Assembly (NCBI GenBank): GCA_037447605.1
Contig: CM074804.1
Span: forward strand, 1,178,001 to 1,242,000
Reading direction: 5' to 3'
DNA length: 64,000 bases
From: Zygnema circumcarinatum SAG 698-1b
Taxonomy: Eukaryota; Plantae; Zygnematophyceae
Position 1 is the stretch's first letter. Each line of letters begins with the position of its first letter. Both the position numbers and the translations under genes were made by a program. Below are positions 60,831 to 64,000 of this stretch, one piece after another. Under the pieces are notes generated by a model. That model saw only the letters and a program-made list of their open reading frames with translations, ran no database searches and was not told the DNA's origin.

Positions 60831-62248
60831 ATGGCGGAAGGCTCATCAGACGGTGATGTATGCATGTCCATGTCGCCGAATGGCATATAGACTTGCATGA
60901 GGCATTCAACGTCCTCTATCTTCCTCCCTTTTCTTCCCTGTCACACACTCACACAGCTCAGCTCAGCTCAGCTCAGCTCTCACACCCTTGGTTCTGTAGC
61001 GGCTTTTTTGCTTGCTTGGTTTTGCAGTTAGGGTTGCCTGTTTCGCATAGTTCCTGCGAAACGGGGTTGAGGCTCAGGAAGACGTTGTGAAGACGCTGAT
61101 GCCTCCGTCTGAGCGCGTCATTGAAGCCACAGCATATTGTAGGTACATTACTTTTTAAGCTTTGGCCTTCCATAACCTCTCCTCTCTCCCTCCCTCTCTC
61201 TCTCTCCTCCCTCTCTCCCTCTCTCGCTTTTTCCTCCCTCCCTCCCTCCCTCTAAGGTGCCTGAACACGCAAAAATTGCAAAAATAAACTGTTGCTGCAA
61301 TTATTAGAAGTCTGCATACAAGCAGGATTCTTAATGCTCGTTTCACTCACTGTTCGCTTAACTGAAATGGTTTCAAATGCTATGCATATGCTGAGCAATC
61401 TATATTACAAGATTACACAAAACTTGTCTTCATAAGCCACAGCATACTGCACGTATGTGCTGCCCCGCCCCCCCCCCCCTCCCCCCTCCTCTCCTTCTCT
61501 TCGCAAGCTACTTGAACATGCTGAAGATCCCGAAATAGGCTGTCACTACGAGCCTTAAGAGTCTGCACATCCTGAACATTTTTCATGGCTCGAGTCCCCT
61601 GTTCCTTCTTCACGCCTGCGGCGGTGCAGCTGCGGGCACTGCTGCAAGTGGGAATGGGGCCTCAAGCTGCCCGGCCGCTTCTACATCGGCTTCGTTCCCT
61701 CACTCCTCCCCATACGCCTCCGTGCTCGCAAGAAGGCGGTCATCAGGACAAAAATTCCCCTTTTAGCCAAGTAAATTTCTTGCATTCTCACCCACATTTT
61801 CGCTCACTCATCATTCTCTCATTTTTTTTCTGTTAGCATCTTTAGCATGAGTGTAGCCACATGCTTAGACGTTTGCTTTCTTTTCCAAAATTTTGACAAA
61901 ACGTTTTTTGGGCGACTGTCAAGCCGTGTGAGCATGAACTGATCAAGAATGGCTAAATCAATTGTTTGTTCCATTTTGATTCGGATTTTCAAACCCTATA
62001 AACTCCACCGCATTCTCGATGGCATTATAGTTTCTGCATTGTCTGACTTTTCTATGCTTGATGGCAAGTACGAATTTTCCATCTCCTCCTAGCTCTATTT
62101 TATGTTTGGACACGCAACCAACTGACCAACAGCTCGTAGACATGGTCAGCATATGCTTGCCAAAGTCATGAGTGTTTGCACTGCCTGTGCAGCCAACTAC
62201 TTCCGTTAAAGTAAATAATTACTTTGGCAAGAGGCATTTCCTGGCATT

Positions 62249-62344
<96 letters not shown>

Positions 62345-63780
62345 TCTCTCGTCCCCCTTAACACCCCTTCCCGCCCTCTCCCTTCCTCTCTCGTGTGCTG
62401 ATTATTTTCTCGATGCAGGTACTGGACAGATACCAATTTGTTGGGCCAATCATATCACGGTCTCACTGCTAGGGGCACCTTCCCTAGCCAGGTAAGAGGT
62501 CGCATTCAAATCTATTCCTTACAATAACAGCTTGTAGCCCTCAGTTTGAAGTTCAGGGTTGCAGGAGCATCACCGTTAGGGCTTTGGAATGGAACTAAAC
62601 TTTCATGTGTGGTTCATTCAAGGAATTCCACCTGAGAGCGTCTGTCTATCAATTCCGCTATTTTATTAGAAGCCATTTTTGTTTCCGAACCATGTTTTGC
62701 TTGCCCCTTTCTTCCAATGCAATGTCCCATTCCCTCCTGCAGGCCCGGCCGGCCCTTCTTTCGCCTCTCAGCCTCCGTCACTGTGAACGGATTCCGGGCC
62801 GCCTTTTACTGTTTCCATGGCGGCTGTTGCCGCGCTACGGAACTATCGCAGCTGACACGCAGTTCTTCCCCTTCGGAACTCGCATGTTTGTTCCGGGCTA
62901 TGGCTGGGGAGTGGTGGGTGAACTCCTGTTTTTTTTTTTTTTTTTCTTCGATTGTTGGGGGGAGAGGGGGAGTGAGTATATTGGTGTTGGGAGTGCTCGT
63001 GGTTTGGAGGTGTATGATAGTTTTGGGAGTTTTAGGGCTACAGGCGTGGGGAGGAGCAAGGCGAGGGGAAGCGATGCCTTTGGTGATTTAGGGTTGTGGG
63101 CACCATGAAGTGGCATGTGCTTTTAACTGGGGTTTGTGGGTGGGCTGTGCCGTGCAAGGGCAGGTGGAGGACCGGGGTTCCGCCATAAAGGGGCCTGCTC
63201 GAATCGACTTGTTTCATCATTCTCATAATGAGGCAATGAAGTGGGGGAGAAGGCGACTCAAGGTGGGAAAGGGAACGGAAGGCGAAGAAGAGTACATGCT
63301 TTAGGTCTGAAGGATCTGATGGTTTTGAGATTTTTTTTAGAAAGTCAAGAGAAAGGTGGGAAGGTTTAAGAGGGAGGGAGGGAGGGATGGAGGGAGGGAG
63401 GGAGGGAGTGTGGCAATGGAGGGAGGGACAGATTTGGAAAATATATACTTTTTTGAAATAAAGGGATGAGCTTGTCTGATCATGTCATGTAGAGCGCGTG
63501 AAACAGGGAGGTGGATCCCAGGGAGGTGGATCCGAGGGGGCGGACATGATCAACCTTGGAGTTGCAAACAAGCCGATCATAGCCATCATTATCTTGTCTG
63601 ACGAAGGCTCTGCAGGGCAATGTCTCCATTCATAAGCTGAAACTAATCGATTCTATTTGATGCCACGTGTCAGGTCCTGGTTCTACGGCCCGGCGAGAGC
63701 GTGGTGGACCTTCTCAACCTTCCCCCGCCGGTCAAGTTCGTCCTGCGCGGCTTGGATTGGGCGAGGCGCTTTGTTTTCTG
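60831..63780 (+). CDS. 3D (Asp-Asp-Asp) domain protein of bacterial MltA/Sps type; ~7 exons
   Basis: MAEGSSDGD|FLRNG..IEATAYCS|[13 protein letters not shown]|[24 protein letters not shown]|..[27 protein letters not shown]|[33 protein letters not shown]|VLVLRPG..RRFVF*. All three signature Asp (AADT, VEDRG, IDL) are present. Confidence 0.85.
62250..62348 (+). repeat. (CT)n microsatellite in 3D-gene intron
   Basis: Near-perfect CT run. Confidence 0.95.
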
Positions 63781-64000
63781 AATGGAGCCATGGGAGGGAG
63801 AGAATGGCTTTTAGGGTTTCCATGTTGCTCCATGTTCCGTCATCCCGTGCCGTTTCCGTTTGTTGCACTCCGGTCCGTCTTGTTCTGTTCTGTTCCGTTC
63901 CGTTCCTTTCCTTAAAAGCTTACAGCTGCGCATTTCTATGCATTGCAAACAGGTGGCAAAGGTTCGACCAAAATTTGTTGATTCGCTTTTTTCTTAGTGG

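Noticed and set aside
60822-60840. CTTCCG..CGGAAG hairpin enclosing the 3D-gene ATG
   Set aside because: Only a 6-bp stem, compatible with chance.
1-64000. CRISPR arrays, rRNA, tRNA, intact transposase or RT genes
   Set aside because: None seen: no regularly spaced repeat-spacer array, cloverleaf or TE protein motifs.

Overview
Eukaryotic, intron-rich nuclear DNA of a plant-lineage organism. The gene set and divergence suggest a streptophyte alga or early-diverging streptophyte, which is an inference. It is gene-dense, with about 17 spliced or single-exon genes reconstructed by hand from GT/GC-AG junctions: a small orphan-like protein, EamA/DMT transporter, At2g04360-like membrane protein, DIS3L2/SOV, uL18-family protein, TTC1-like TPR protein, a 651-aa RCxWPR-repeat protein, two diverged ABCG half-transporters in opposite orientation, TOM20, gankyrin/PSMD10, a ~944-aa DREB-type AP2 factor, DUF1685, an EF-hand protein, NXD1, a USP, a DnaJ-type zinc-finger protein and a bacterial-type 3D-domain protein. 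Introns and intergenic DNA carry GA/CT microsatellites, long polypurine tracts and two 10-N gaps. Top leads: (1) an intronless disordered protein with 12 copies of an R-C-x-W-P-R motif, a candidate multivalent scaffold; (2) a spliced 3D-domain (peptidoglycan lytic-transglycosylase-like) gene with a duplicated in-phase micro-exon; (3) recurrent exact CCAAT-N9-CCACG elements, including an inverted pair; (4) a DREB-type promoter with three perfect G-box palindromes and a DRE palindrome; (5) a direct-repeat-flanked intron inside an ABCG Walker A motif. Most ORFs in the supplied track are shadow or low-complexity artefacts. Family assignments rest on motif recognition from memory, not database searches.
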